From assembly GCA_965140585.1 (NCBI GenBank), contig OZ223266.1:64001-128000 (forward strand): a DNA stretch of 64,000 bases, written 5' to 3'. The stretch is from Spirochaetia bacterium. Its GTDB lineage: Bacteria > Spirochaetota > Spirochaetia > UBA9216. Each line of letters begins with the position of its first letter. Positions within the stretch are counted from its first letter, which is position 1. Below the pieces are notes generated by a model. That model was not told the DNA's origin. It did no database searches and saw only the letters and a list, made by a program, of their open reading frames with translations. A program made the position numbers and the translations under genes. Shown here piece by piece: positions 39,687 to 49,458 of this stretch.

Positions 39687-40131
39687 TATTGTCCGCCTTC
39701 AAGTGTTGTAAAGCATTTGTTTCAACCCGTTCCAGAAGTGAAAACAGCATATCTATCTCATCGCTGTTCAGTCCTTTAGTGAGTACTGAAGTCCATTCCC
39801 TGGCCCTCAGTCTTATTTCCGGCATCATCAGCTGTACTTTTTCAGTCAGCTTGATAATATTCGCTCTGCGGTCTTCAGGATCGGTTTCTCTTCTGATTAC
39901 ATTATTTGAAATCATCGGTTTTATCATTCTGGAGATGCTGCCCTTATCAACCATCAGTATTTTTGCCAGTTTTTCCTGTGTCAGACCATCAGGATGTTTA
40001 CCCAGTGTCATCACTATTCGAATTTGTCCCGATCCATGCAGGTCAAGATCCTTCATTGCTTCGGTAAAATACATGTTTGAATACCTGTGAACTTTGGTCA
40101 TCATGTATCCAAGTGATCTATAGTTGTCCAT
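39679..40131 (-). CDS. MarR family regulator
   Basis: TQEKLAKIL.VDKGSISRMI…RETDPEDRRA..IKLT. Confidence 0.9.
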   Translation of the reverse strand: MDNYRSLGYMMTKVHRYSNMYFTEAMKDLDLHGSGQIRIVMTLGKHPDGLTQEKLAKILMVDKGSISRMIKPMISNNVIRRETDPEDRRANIIKLTEKVQLMMPEIRLRAREWTSVLTKGLNSDEIDMLFSLLERVETNALQHLKADNNE

Positions 40132-40169
40132 GCAACTATTTTATATAATGATAGTTGTATAGTCAACTA
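40120..40169 (-). promoter_or_regulatory. marR promoter with two TAGTTG-N6-CAACTA palindromes
   Basis: Palindromes at 40121-40138 and 40152-40169. TTGACT-17-TAAAAT on the minus strand. Confidence 0.75.
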
Positions 40170-40179
40170 AATGAAGGTT

Positions 40180-40218
40180 AAAAAAATTGGCTGAGCCTGA
40201 TTAAATTAAGCTCAGCCA
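40180..40218 (-). terminator. Rho-independent terminator after asd
   Basis: tggctgagc…gctcagcca stem plus a T-run on the minus strand. Confidence 0.7.
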
Positions 40219-40236
40219 TGTATAATTAAAGTTTAA

Positions 40237-41355
40237 TTAAGAAAGATGCTCAAGTGCTATCTTCAGCATCCTTCTGATTGGTTCTGCTGCACCCCAGAGG
40301 AGCTGGTCGCCAACACTGAATGCTGTATAGTAACCGGGCCCGATATTCATTTTTCTGATTCGTCCAACCGGTACTGTGAGAGTTCCTGTTGTTTTGGCAG
40401 GAGTGAGATCCCGGAGAGTATCTTCCTTCTCATTAGGAACAACCTTTACCCAGTCGTTATGTGAAGCCAGTATTGATTCGATCTCTGAAACAGGAAGGTC
40501 CTTTTTCAGTTTGATTGTAAAAGCCTGACTGTGACACCTCATTGAACCTATTCTTACGCACTGTCCGTCGATGGGAATTGGTGAATCCTGTTTTCCGAGA
40601 ATCTTGTTGGTCTCTGACACACCCTTCCATTCCTCTTTTGTCTGGCCGCTGTCCATCTTCTTGTCTATCCAGGGAATCAGGCTTGCAGCAAGAGGTGCGC
40701 CGAAGTTCTCGGTGGGGAAGGAAGCTTCCCTGAGGGTTTCAGTGACAGTCTTGTCAAGCTCAAGGATAGGTGATGAATTGTCATCAAGGCTTGCACCGGG
40801 AGCATTTCCAAGAATCTGCATCTGTTTGACAAGCTCCCTCATATTCTTTGCGCCGGCGCCTGATGCAGCCTGGTAGGTCATTGAAGTGATCCATTCAACC
40901 AGATCATTTTCAAATAGTCCGCCGAGGGCCATGAGCATAAGTGAAACTGTACAGTTTCCGCCGATGTAGTCTTTTATTCCTGTTTTAAGTCCGTTATCGA
41001 TTACATTCCTGTTGACAGGATCCAGAACAATGATGCTGTTATCCTTCATCCGGAGAGTGGATGCGGCGTCAATCCAGTAGCCGTCCCATCCGGTTTTTCT
41101 AAGTTCAGGGTGGATTTTTTCTGTGTATGTGCCGCCCTGACAAGTTACAATAACATCCATTTTTGCGAGTTCTTTGAGATCGAAAGCGTCAGCGAGCGCT
41201 GGAGTTTCAACTCCGATCTCCGGGCCTTTTGCGCCAACCTGTGATGTTGAAAAAAACAGGGGCTCATATCCGGTGAAGTCTTTCTCCGTAATCATTCTTT
41301 CCATCAGGACTGAGCCGACCATGCCTCTCCATCCGATGAATCCAACCTTTACCAT
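40237..41355 (-). CDS. asd: Aspartate-semialdehyde dehydrogenase (E. coli-like long type)
   Basis: [42 protein letters not shown] and [12 protein letters not shown] motifs. Confidence 0.97.
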   Translation of the reverse strand: MVKVGFIGWRGMVGSVLMERMITEKDFTGYEPLFFSTSQVGAKGPEIGVETPALADAFDLKELAKMDVIVTCQGGTYTEKIHPELRKTGWDGYWIDAASTLRMKDNSIIVLDPVNRNVIDNGLKTGIKDYIGGNCTVSLMLMALGGLFENDLVEWITSMTYQAASGAGAKNMRELVKQMQILGNAPGASLDDNSSPILELDKTVTETLREASFPTENFGAPLAASLIPWIDKKMDSGQTKEEWKGVSETNKILGKQDSPIPIDGQCVRIGSMRCHSQAFTIKLKKDLPVSEIESILASHNDWVKVVPNEKEDTLRDLTPAKTTGTLTVPVGRIRKMNIGPGYYTAFSVGDQLLWGAAEPIRRMLKIALEHLS

Positions 41356-41480
41356 AAAAAAAGTCTCCTTAAAAAGAATTGTAAGATAATAATCCCGTAG
41401 AACTGATTAATTCCTGCGGGAAACCTTGAGTAAAAAACGTAATATATTTTCAGTCTTTAGTCTATACAGGTTTTATCAGG

Positions 41481-42047
41481 TTAAATATCAGCTGCCGCAC
41501 TCTGCAGGTCTTCTATACTCCAGCCCATAGTTTCAGCAGTATCGAGTATGAGCTGAACTGCTGTTTTTGAGGCAAAACCAACAACGCCTGTACATTTTTC
41601 CGTATGTGCTCCGTCACGTTCAAAGGCTTCAAAACCCTCAGGAGTCAGCAGGTCATATTTCCGGCCGAAGATATTCTGATGGATCTCGCCGCAAATTAAA
41701 CTTCCGTATTTTCCGAGCATTTTTTCACGAAAGAACCTGGTCATTTCATTAACCAGGTTCTTGGCTTCCTGGTCGCTGTCCATGTATTCCTCTCTTCGCC
41801 CGAAAAAAAGACCGAACAGTGATATAGCCCCGGCGTAGCCTCCGCAGATTCCGTCGCACTTTTTTCCGCCTCCGGCTGCAAAACCGGTCGCAGCTTTTAC
41901 TATTACAGGAGCCTTGACCGACAGAGTTTCAAGCGTAGCAAGCAGTGTGCACTGCGCACATCCGCCATAGGCCTTTTCATTTTCAAATCCCAGCTTTTCC
42001 GCTTTTAAAATCAGTTCGTCTTTTGTCATCTTCATCTCCATGGGCAT
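41481..42047 (-). CDS. C_GCAxxG_C_C family redox-active protein
   Basis: GCAQ…GFAAG…ICGG…GSLICGEI…KC. Start uncertain. Confidence 0.85.
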   Translation of the reverse strand: MPMEMKMTKDELILKAEKLGFENEKAYGGCAQCTLLATLETLSVKAPVIVKAATGFAAGGGKKCDGICGGYAGAISLFGLFFGRREEYMDSDQEAKNLVNEMTRFFREKMLGKYGSLICGEIHQNIFGRKYDLLTPEGFEAFERDGAHTEKCTGVVGFASKTAVQLILDTAETMGWSIEDLQSAAADI

Positions 42048-42108
42048 TATACCTTAAATCATTTGATTACGTGAATTAAAAGCTTATAATTAATACAGGA
42101 GGACGCTT

Positions 42109-42432
42109 ATGAATATCAGAAGATTGGCTGAATCCCCGCTGGTTTTTGAAGACCATAAAGTCCAGGGCCGTGAGATGTACGAAAGAAGCGGATGCACCGT
42201 GGTTCACCTGCTTCTTGAAGAGAATGGAGTCCTTCCGCCGGTTTCTCAGGCGGACGACACTTTCATCTATGTACTCACGGGAGAGGGTAAGGTAAGAATC
42301 GGAAACGATTCCTACACCGCAGAACCGAACATGATTATAAGATGTCCGGTGGATGTTCCCCATGGTGCGGAAAATACAGGAAAGGAGCCGTTTTCACTGC
42401 TTATTGTGAAACTGCCCACCCGTACTCCCTAG
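42109..42432 (+). CDS. Cupin domain protein
   Basis: YVLTGEG…PVDVPHGAENTG. Confidence 0.85.
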   Translation: MNIRRLAESPLVFEDHKVQGREMYERSGCTVVHLLLEENGVLPPVSQADDTFIYVLTGEGKVRIGNDSYTAEPNMIIRCPVDVPHGAENTGKEPFSLLIVKLPTRTP

Positions 42433-42457
42433 CCGGAAACCCCGGCAGGTAAGTCTG

Positions 42458-43291
42458 TCAGGGTCTGCGTGATTCGCAGGGAACCTTAGTCTGGCACAGT
42501 CCGCAGCCGTAGATACCTTCCCAGTCGAACCGGCTGCCGTATAGGGCGCTTATTCTCACCATGTCGTGCTCGTTGCATTTGTCTTTGTCGCGCAGTGCCG
42601 GAGAGTTGCCGACTGAGCCGACAGGACAGCGTTTTATGCAGGCTCCGCACTTTCCTTCTGATTCATGCAGACACCAGGCAAACGGATCGTTTCCATATTC
42701 TCTTTCATCAGCCTCAAAGACAGCCGATGTAGCTACGCTGCCAAGCCTGTGGGCAATTCCGCGGCGCGTGATCAGGCCTCCGGACAATCCGAATGTTCCA
42801 TGCCCTGCGGCAAAGGCGTAATGTCTTTCTGACCACTGTGAGGCTATACCGACAGGTGTTTCTTCGATAAAACCGAATCCAGGTTCAAGTGCCGGAGCCG
42901 CTGAAGCATGACCATGCTCTTCCAGCCATGTGCATAGATTTTTTCTGATTTCCTCATTGAGATATTCACCGAAAGTCCTGGTCCATGCCCATTTAACGGA
43001 GGGGTAGAGCTTCTCAATTCGGTTGGAGATTCTTGCTTCTTCTGAAACCGGAAGACACCAGGATATTACAGTCCCTGCCTTCTCCCGCTTAAGGACATCA
43101 TCAGGGCTCCAGTGAAAGCCGCCGATTATATTTTTATAGTCTGCTATAAGCGGATCATCCGCTGATGCAAACCGGACGTCAGGTTCATCAAAAACTCTGA
43201 ATTCTTTTTCCATTGCCAGATGCTTTTCCGTCTCGGCTTTGTAAATTTCAAGCACCTTGATGATTACTGCTTCCCTGTCAACTGCTGTCAT
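42458..43291 (-). CDS. Epoxyqueuosine-reductase-like 4Fe-4S protein
   Basis: WSERH.AFAAG.GTFG, RLGSV, CGACIKRCP, DKDKC and CGLCQTKVPCE motifs. Confidence 0.75.
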   Translation of the reverse strand: MTAVDREAVIIKVLEIYKAETEKHLAMEKEFRVFDEPDVRFASADDPLIADYKNIIGGFHWSPDDVLKREKAGTVISWCLPVSEEARISNRIEKLYPSVKWAWTRTFGEYLNEEIRKNLCTWLEEHGHASAAPALEPGFGFIEETPVGIASQWSERHYAFAAGHGTFGLSGGLITRRGIAHRLGSVATSAVFEADEREYGNDPFAWCLHESEGKCGACIKRCPVGSVGNSPALRDKDKCNEHDMVRISALYGSRFDWEGIYGCGLCQTKVPCESRRP

Positions 43292-43318
43292 GGAAGTATC
43301 ATAATTCGATATTTTTCA

Positions 43319-44620
43319 CTAGTCAATCAAAGAATACAGCGAAAGCTCCATCCATGAACCCAGTTCCTCGGCAAGGGCTCCGAAGTAGGCAGCCTCCGCT
43401 TCTCTTTCTGCAAGCACGGCGTCATCCAATTCTGTATTTGAATATTCTCCCTGTTCAAAGAGAAACTCTGCTTCGGCTTTCAGTTCTCCGGCCTGTTCCA
43501 GTTCAATCCCTGATATCTCTGTGTTGATTGCAGCGGTCTCTATGGTGCCGGTAAGCTGCAGCAGTGACAGCTGTGCAGAAGCTTCCGCTGAATTTTTATA
43601 TTCACTGCTAAGTTCAAGCTGTTTTTTCAATTCGCTCCGTTCCTCTGCATTCCAGCTGTCTGAAGTCAGGCCGATACTGACAGATGCGGAAACCTTTGCC
43701 GCTTCCTGCTGACTGAAGTCAGCACCCCCGGATGCACTAAGTTCAGGTGAGAACAGCCAGACTTCCTTCAGTTCCGCCTCAGCTGTTTTTCTGTCAATAT
43801 CTGCGGAAAGTACTTCATAGCTGAAATCAGCAGAGTAATCACTTATGTCAGTTGCTGCCTTAATCCTGGTTAGTTCAGATTCAATAGTCTGTCTGTCTGC
43901 AGGTTCTATACTTACAGCCTCCGGGGTTGTATTCAGAATTGAATAAAGTTCATTCTCTGCGGAGTTAAGTGCCTGCGAAGCCGTATTCATTGCGGTCCTT
44001 GACTCTGACCAGTCAAGCAGGGCATCTCTAACATCATCAAGGGTAGCTTCTCCCTCATCATATCTAATGCGCTCATCTTCATAGATCTGTTTCATCAACG
44101 CCAGTCTGGACTCCGCATTTTCCTTGTCACCAAGAGCCTTCGACCAGGACATATAAGCTGCAGCTGCATTTATCACAGTCTCGGTTACTGCATTGTTCAG
44201 GGCAATTTCAGCTTTTCTGAGACTGAGATCAGCAAGCTTGCTCTCTGATGAATGATACAGGGGGTTAATACTGACTCTGATGCTGCTGTTAAGCTGTTCG
44301 TCCACCGAGAAACTGAATCCCAGCTGATCTATAAGAGGAAGTTCAGCGTTTATTCCGGTCTCAAGCTCCGAATATTCAGATCCGGAAAAACCTGTGCTCA
44401 GTGAAATTGAACTTTCCTCCAGTTTGAATATTCCGCTAAGACTGTTCCGAGCTTTCAGAACAGCCAGTCCTGCTTCCTTTATATCCAGGTTGCTGTTGAC
44501 TGCATATTCACTCACCCCGGCAATTGTTTTCAGGCTCAGTGTTTCATTATCAGCAGAGACAGGAATTATGGCTGATGCTGTAATTACAGCAGTAAATATT
44601 ATAAATTTTAGAGTTTTCAT
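43319..44620 (-). CDS. TolC-like outer membrane efflux protein
   Basis: Signal peptide and long helices with YDEGEAT/FEQGEYS duplicated motifs. Last gene of the exporter operon. Confidence 0.75.
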   Translation of the reverse strand: MKTLKFIIFTAVITASAIIPVSADNETLSLKTIAGVSEYAVNSNLDIKEAGLAVLKARNSLSGIFKLEESSISLSTGFSGSEYSELETGINAELPLIDQLGFSFSVDEQLNSSIRVSINPLYHSSESKLADLSLRKAEIALNNAVTETVINAAAAYMSWSKALGDKENAESRLALMKQIYEDERIRYDEGEATLDDVRDALLDWSESRTAMNTASQALNSAENELYSILNTTPEAVSIEPADRQTIESELTRIKAATDISDYSADFSYEVLSADIDRKTAEAELKEVWLFSPELSASGGADFSQQEAAKVSASVSIGLTSDSWNAEERSELKKQLELSSEYKNSAEASAQLSLLQLTGTIETAAINTEISGIELEQAGELKAEAEFLFEQGEYSNTELDDAVLAEREAEAAYFGALAEELGSWMELSLYSLID

Positions 44621-45927
44621 GATTCCCTTATTGTTTCAGCAATATTTCCCTGAACAGAAGAAACTGCCGGGAGCAGACCGAGAATTCCCCCGAATCCTAC
44701 CGCTATCAGTACAGCAGTAATTAATGCACCAGCCCTTAACCCGGCAGTTTCGGCAAAGCTTTCAGATATTTCTCCTGCAAGGGGTGCAATGCTCTGCAGA
44801 ACCGGATGTGAAAATATGAGTGAAAGTACTGCACCGGCAGCTGCTCCGCAGAGACTTAAGGATATAGCCCAGCTCCAGAAGTCGCGTACAACGATCAGTC
44901 TTGATGCCCCCAGAGCTCTCTGCAGTGCTATCTCACGGCGCCTGCTAAGTGATTCCACCACCATAATGCTGAAAATCCCCAGTGAGCTTGTGAGCAGCAA
45001 AATGATGCCAAGCAGATTTATTGTTACTGTAAAAATTCTGACCGAGTTTCTAAGCTCTTCCATATATTCAGAGGTTCCACGAGGCGAACCTTCCCATACA
45101 AGAATGTCGATTTCCTCTCCGTAGACTGCTGTCAGAGACTGTCTTATCGCTGCTCCGGCTTTTTCAACCGAAGAAGCTGAAGTCTTAACTGCAATAGTCC
45201 CTGCCATCATGTCTTTGGCAAGCTGCGCATTTCTTCCTGATGGAAGCATTGCAGTATATGGAAAAACAACATCGCCGATTTCGTAGGATTTTCTTGAAAC
45301 CTCACCAGGTGTTTTAAATACTCCGGTAACCGTATAGCTTGTTATCATATTCTGTTCACGCATTCCACCCGGCCCCCTCTGGAATACTTCGCCCGGCGGC
45401 TGGATATATTTCCCGACTGCTGCTTCAGCTGAGCCGAATAGAATCTCTGCTGTTTCTTCCGAAATCCAGACCTTCTTCATTCCCTGAGCCAGATCGGAAT
45501 CTGTCATTGGAAGTCCTGCAGTGATCTCAAGACTGAATACATCAAAATAGGCCGGTTCGGCAGCTATTGCCGTTCTTATCCTGTATGATTTTCCATCAGC
45601 TGTAAACTCATGGAAGGGGGTGCTGGATACTATGGAGGCGCTTTCAACGATGCCTGAATCACTTACCAGAACAGAACCCGCGCTGCTGTCCCATTCCGCC
45701 GGTCTGTTGAGTGAAATGCTTCCGTCACTGTCCCATTCTCCGTTTGCCGTATACAGGATCAGCCCGTTTTCCTCAAGCTGACCTGACACTTCATTTTTAA
45801 TGATCGATGATGCACTGAGCGATAGAATAAGTACCGCTGTTCCAAGTGCTACTGAAACCAGTGTCAGGCTTATTTTAAGCGGTGCTGTTGTGAACTGTCG
45901 TTTGAACATGGAAATTATCTGTTTCAT
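44617..45927 (-). CDS. ABC transporter permease (MacB/FtsX family)
   Basis: One TM, a large periplasmic domain, then three TMs. Contains RRREIALQRALGA. Confidence 0.85.
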   Translation of the reverse strand: MKQIISMFKRQFTTAPLKISLTLVSVALGTAVLILSLSASSIIKNEVSGQLEENGLILYTANGEWDSDGSISLNRPAEWDSSAGSVLVSDSGIVESASIVSSTPFHEFTADGKSYRIRTAIAAEPAYFDVFSLEITAGLPMTDSDLAQGMKKVWISEETAEILFGSAEAAVGKYIQPPGEVFQRGPGGMREQNMITSYTVTGVFKTPGEVSRKSYEIGDVVFPYTAMLPSGRNAQLAKDMMAGTIAVKTSASSVEKAGAAIRQSLTAVYGEEIDILVWEGSPRGTSEYMEELRNSVRIFTVTINLLGIILLLTSSLGIFSIMVVESLSRRREIALQRALGASRLIVVRDFWSWAISLSLCGAAAGAVLSLIFSHPVLQSIAPLAGEISESFAETAGLRAGALITAVLIAVGFGGILGLLPAVSSVQGNIAETIRES

Positions 45928-47342
45928 TATAAAGCCCTCATTGCCTGGGCCGGATCTGTTTTCGCAGCATGCGCTGCCGGAATTATACTGAAGACAAGAG
46001 CCAGCAGTCCCGATATTACAATCCCCAGAATAAGATATATAAAGGAGGATGTCTGAATCTCCATGGCTTTCTTTATATAAGAGCTCAGCGGAAATGCAAT
46101 AAGCATCCCTGCAACCGCACCTGCTGCTGTTATAACAACCGCTTCAACAGAGAACAGTTTTAGAATCCCTTTACGATCTGAACCGAGTGCCATCAGTACT
46201 CCCGTAGCTCCCTTCAATCTCATTGCCCGGCTCATAAGGATGTTTGATACATTCAACAGTGCAATGAAAAATCCGGCAGCAGAAAGGAAAAATACCAAAA
46301 CGCTTATTCCGGTGTTTCTGCTTACTATGTTTTCAGCTTCAGCTCTTGAGCTTGATATAGAAATCTGATCATGGCCGTAGCGGTCAGCAAACCATTGAGT
46401 GAGCAGACTTGAAGAAGATTCTATTTTTTCGGGATCAATTACGCTGAAGATCAGGCTTGTATCCATTCCCGGACCTCTGAAGCCCCGGAATCCTGAAAGA
46501 GATCCTCTGTCCCGATAGGGTTCAAGAAATTTTTCACTGTAGTCACCGTATTCGGAATCGAATATTCCGACTATAGTCTGATATCCGCCTCTGGTCAGAA
46601 GCTGCCTTCCTATAAGGCTTGACATCTCTTCACCTTCCGGGAGGATTTCTGCCGCAAGTTCAGTTCCCAGCAGTATTATATTTTCAGTTGATGCATACTC
46701 CTGTTCCGAGAATATACTTCCATAGACTGTCTGAATATCCCATGCATCAAAGAACCCGCCGCTGACTTCAAAGCCGTCGGCTTCTTCAATTTCTGCAATG
46801 ATAAGCCCTGATTCTATTCCTTCCTGGAGCATCTGAGCTGCATTCTGCCTCATGTCAGGCGGCTGATTGCCATCCTGACCATCCGGTGCGGCAGGAGCGT
46901 CTCCGGAAAAATCCTGCGGCGGTGAATCCTGTCCCTGCCTGGGGGCATACTGCTCCATTTCTGTCCTCATTCTGTTTTCCTGCTCTATGCTGCTTTCATT
47001 AATCATATGGAGTCTGCTGCGGTTTTTTATGTAGGCATATTCAACATAGGGGGCAAGCTCCGCTGCCTCAAGATCTTCCTGTGTCAGTACTGTATTTTCG
47101 CTTGCCGGAATAGTTACCGCAGGAGTTTCCATATCCTCAGCATCACTTCTTGTGCTGACGGTTATCTCAGTATATTCGGGTGATTTCATCATATGACCGG
47201 AATAGGCCAGTGTGCTTGCCAGAAGCGAGAGCCCGGTACTCAGAACTCCTATCCCGAGACCTACGGCGAGTATCAGAAGAATTGATTCAAGCGGTTTGTC
47301 AATGAACCTTCTTATTACTATCTTTACAGGCTCAGAGTGCAT
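45927..47342 (-). CDS. ABC transporter permease (MacB/FtsX family)
   Basis: NVSNILM…GVLMALGS…PAAHAAKTDPAQAMR. Confidence 0.85.
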   Translation of the reverse strand: MHSEPVKIVIRRFIDKPLESILLILAVGLGIGVLSTGLSLLASTLAYSGHMMKSPEYTEITVSTRSDAEDMETPAVTIPASENTVLTQEDLEAAELAPYVEYAYIKNRSRLHMINESSIEQENRMRTEMEQYAPRQGQDSPPQDFSGDAPAAPDGQDGNQPPDMRQNAAQMLQEGIESGLIIAEIEEADGFEVSGGFFDAWDIQTVYGSIFSEQEYASTENIILLGTELAAEILPEGEEMSSLIGRQLLTRGGYQTIVGIFDSEYGDYSEKFLEPYRDRGSLSGFRGFRGPGMDTSLIFSVIDPEKIESSSSLLTQWFADRYGHDQISISSSRAEAENIVSRNTGISVLVFFLSAAGFFIALLNVSNILMSRAMRLKGATGVLMALGSDRKGILKLFSVEAVVITAAGAVAGMLIAFPLSSYIKKAMEIQTSSFIYLILGIVISGLLALVFSIIPAAHAAKTDPAQAMRAL

Positions 47343-48015
47343 TTTCCTGCCTCTTGTCTACTATACGGCCGTCGCTCAGTTCAATAATTCTGCCGGCACG
47401 CTTTCCCTGGGAGGGGTTATGGGTAACCATAACTATAGTCACTCCCTTTGAGTTGAGATCTTCAAGAATTTTCAGAATTTCCTCACCCTTATCGGTCGGA
47501 AGGTTTCCTGTCGGTTCATCCGCAAGGATAAGATCGGGATTGTTTGACAGCGCTCTTGCAATGGCAACCCTCTGCTGTTCACCGCCGCTTAACATGGTAG
47601 GCAGGTGTTTCATACGGCTGCCCAGTCCCACTTCATTAAGAAGTTCAACCGCCCGGTCTTTACGCTGAGAGAAGGGGATACCGGCATAGCTCATCGGCAG
47701 CATAACATTCTCAAGGGCGCTCAGCTCCGGGAATAAATTGAAACTCTGAAAGATGAAGCCGAAGTGTCTGTTGCGAATTCTGGCCTGTTCCCGGTCGGGA
47801 AGCGCTGTTATATCGTAATCTTCAAGCAGATACTTTCCGCCGGTTGCCGAATCCAGTATTCCGACTATGTGCATAAGTGTTGATTTTCCTGAGCCGGACG
47901 GCCCCATCACTGCTATGTATTCACCTCGTTCTATTTTAATATTTATGCCGCTTAGAGCATTAACCTTTACATCGCCAAGGTCATAGCTCTTGCTTATTCC
48001 GTTTAATTCAATCAT
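47332..48015 (-). CDS. ABC ATPase (LolD/MacB type)
   Basis: GPSGSGKST, LSGGEQQRVAIARAL and ILADEPTGNL motifs. Confidence 0.95.
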   Translation of the reverse strand: MIELNGISKSYDLGDVKVNALSGINIKIERGEYIAVMGPSGSGKSTLMHIVGILDSATGGKYLLEDYDITALPDREQARIRNRHFGFIFQSFNLFPELSALENVMLPMSYAGIPFSQRKDRAVELLNEVGLGSRMKHLPTMLSGGEQQRVAIARALSNNPDLILADEPTGNLPTDKGEEILKILEDLNSKGVTIVMVTHNPSQGKRAGRIIELSDGRIVDKRQENAL

Positions 48016-49330
48016 TTTCGCCTCCCCGGGTTAACTGTATTTCTTTCTGGTCGATAAAGTTCTGGTACCCGCTTGTGATAATCACATCGCCCTCTTTAAG
48101 GCCTGCTTTAATTTTCACCTTTGCTCCTTCAATATCCCCGAAGCTGACTGCAGTTTTCACAGCACTGTCACCGTCTACCAGATAAACCCATTTCTGGCTT
48201 CCGGTAGTGAGGTAGGCACCCCGCGGCAGATAAAGAACATCTTCCTCTATACCCAGGCTTATACTGGCGACTGCCGAGGCTCCGGGAGTGAGTTCAAGTT
48301 CGGTTAGCGGTCTGGCTCTTACTGTGACCATCGCCGCAAGACCGTCGGAGTCCATGGTTGCAATCCGTCCGATCCTGGTTATTTCAGCTTCAAAGGTGTT
48401 TGTTCCTGATGTAACTGTCATTTTCCCGCCGGTTTCAAGAAGTCCCGCATACTGTTCATAAACATCGAAATCTATATAGGCTTCGCTGCGATCTGCAACA
48501 ACGAATAGGGAATCAGTTGTTTCTATTGAACTTCCCGGAATTCCCAGGCTCTCATTGATACTGAGCACTTCACCCGATATCGGACTCTTTACTGAAAGAT
48601 CTTCAATGTCGCCGTTAACGATTTCAAGATTTACCCGAATCTGCTCTATTGAGGCATTCTGTTTTCTTATATCTATATCTTTTTTTGAAAGAGTCTGTTC
48701 GAGTTCCAAGTTAAGATCTTCAAGCTCCTCCTGCAGGCTTTCAAGATTATCAAGGGCATCCTCGTAATCGGATTCACGTGAACTTTTAAGCTCTGCAAGG
48801 GCTTTAGCTGTGTCTGCATCAGCCTGAGCATCGGCAATATCGGCGCTTAATCTTGTGATACTTCTTGTAAGGTTTTTTATGTCATAATTGTATTCACTAT
48901 TTATATTTTCAAGTTCAATCAAGGCCTGTTTCAGACTTACTGTAAGGCTGTCCTTCTCGTCATCAAGATTTGGTGACTCAAGAAGTGCAAGCACGGTTTC
49001 GGGTGTAATTGAATCTCCCTCGCTGACATATATTTCATCAGCATAACTGTCCTCGGGGCTGACAATTTCAACCTGTATCGGCAGGACAACCGTACCGCTG
49101 GCCTCTGTTGTTGATAAAATTTCACCGGAGGTAACCGCTGCTGTTGTGTAGTCAGTAATTTTAACAGGCTTGTCGGCAAGCACTGATTTTAGAATTATTA
49201 TTACTGCGGCCGCTGCAAGCAATGTTGCAATAAGCGCAATCAGTCTTCCCCGTTTCATTTTTCTTGAAACAGCCGGATTTACATCCTCGAGCTGTACAAT
49301 TTTGTGGTTTGTACCCATTTTAATCTCCAC
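48008..49330 (-). CDS. Efflux periplasmic adaptor (MFP/HlyD type)
   Basis: N-terminal TM, lipoyl half-motifs VSEGDS and VKSPISG, a long coiled coil, and GLKEGDVII. Confidence 0.88.
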   Translation of the reverse strand: MEIKMGTNHKIVQLEDVNPAVSRKMKRGRLIALIATLLAAAAVIIILKSVLADKPVKITDYTTAAVTSGEILSTTEASGTVVLPIQVEIVSPEDSYADEIYVSEGDSITPETVLALLESPNLDDEKDSLTVSLKQALIELENINSEYNYDIKNLTRSITRLSADIADAQADADTAKALAELKSSRESDYEDALDNLESLQEELEDLNLELEQTLSKKDIDIRKQNASIEQIRVNLEIVNGDIEDLSVKSPISGEVLSINESLGIPGSSIETTDSLFVVADRSEAYIDFDVYEQYAGLLETGGKMTVTSGTNTFEAEITRIGRIATMDSDGLAAMVTVRARPLTELELTPGASAVASISLGIEEDVLYLPRGAYLTTGSQKWVYLVDGDSAVKTAVSFGDIEGAKVKIKAGLKEGDVIITSGYQNFIDQKEIQLTRGGEND

Positions 49331-49458
49331 ATAAAAAATACATCATATTCATATTGGAGCTGTTAAACCGCTGTAAAACGATTGTAAACTTTGTAAAAAC
49401 TGGAATCTGCAAACCTGAAAATATAGAAGAAAGCTCAATCAGAGGTTATTATTGCTTT

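Noticed and set aside
38689-39711. 340-aa ORF on the plus strand
   Set aside because: It is an antisense shadow of the MATE gene and has no recognisable motifs.
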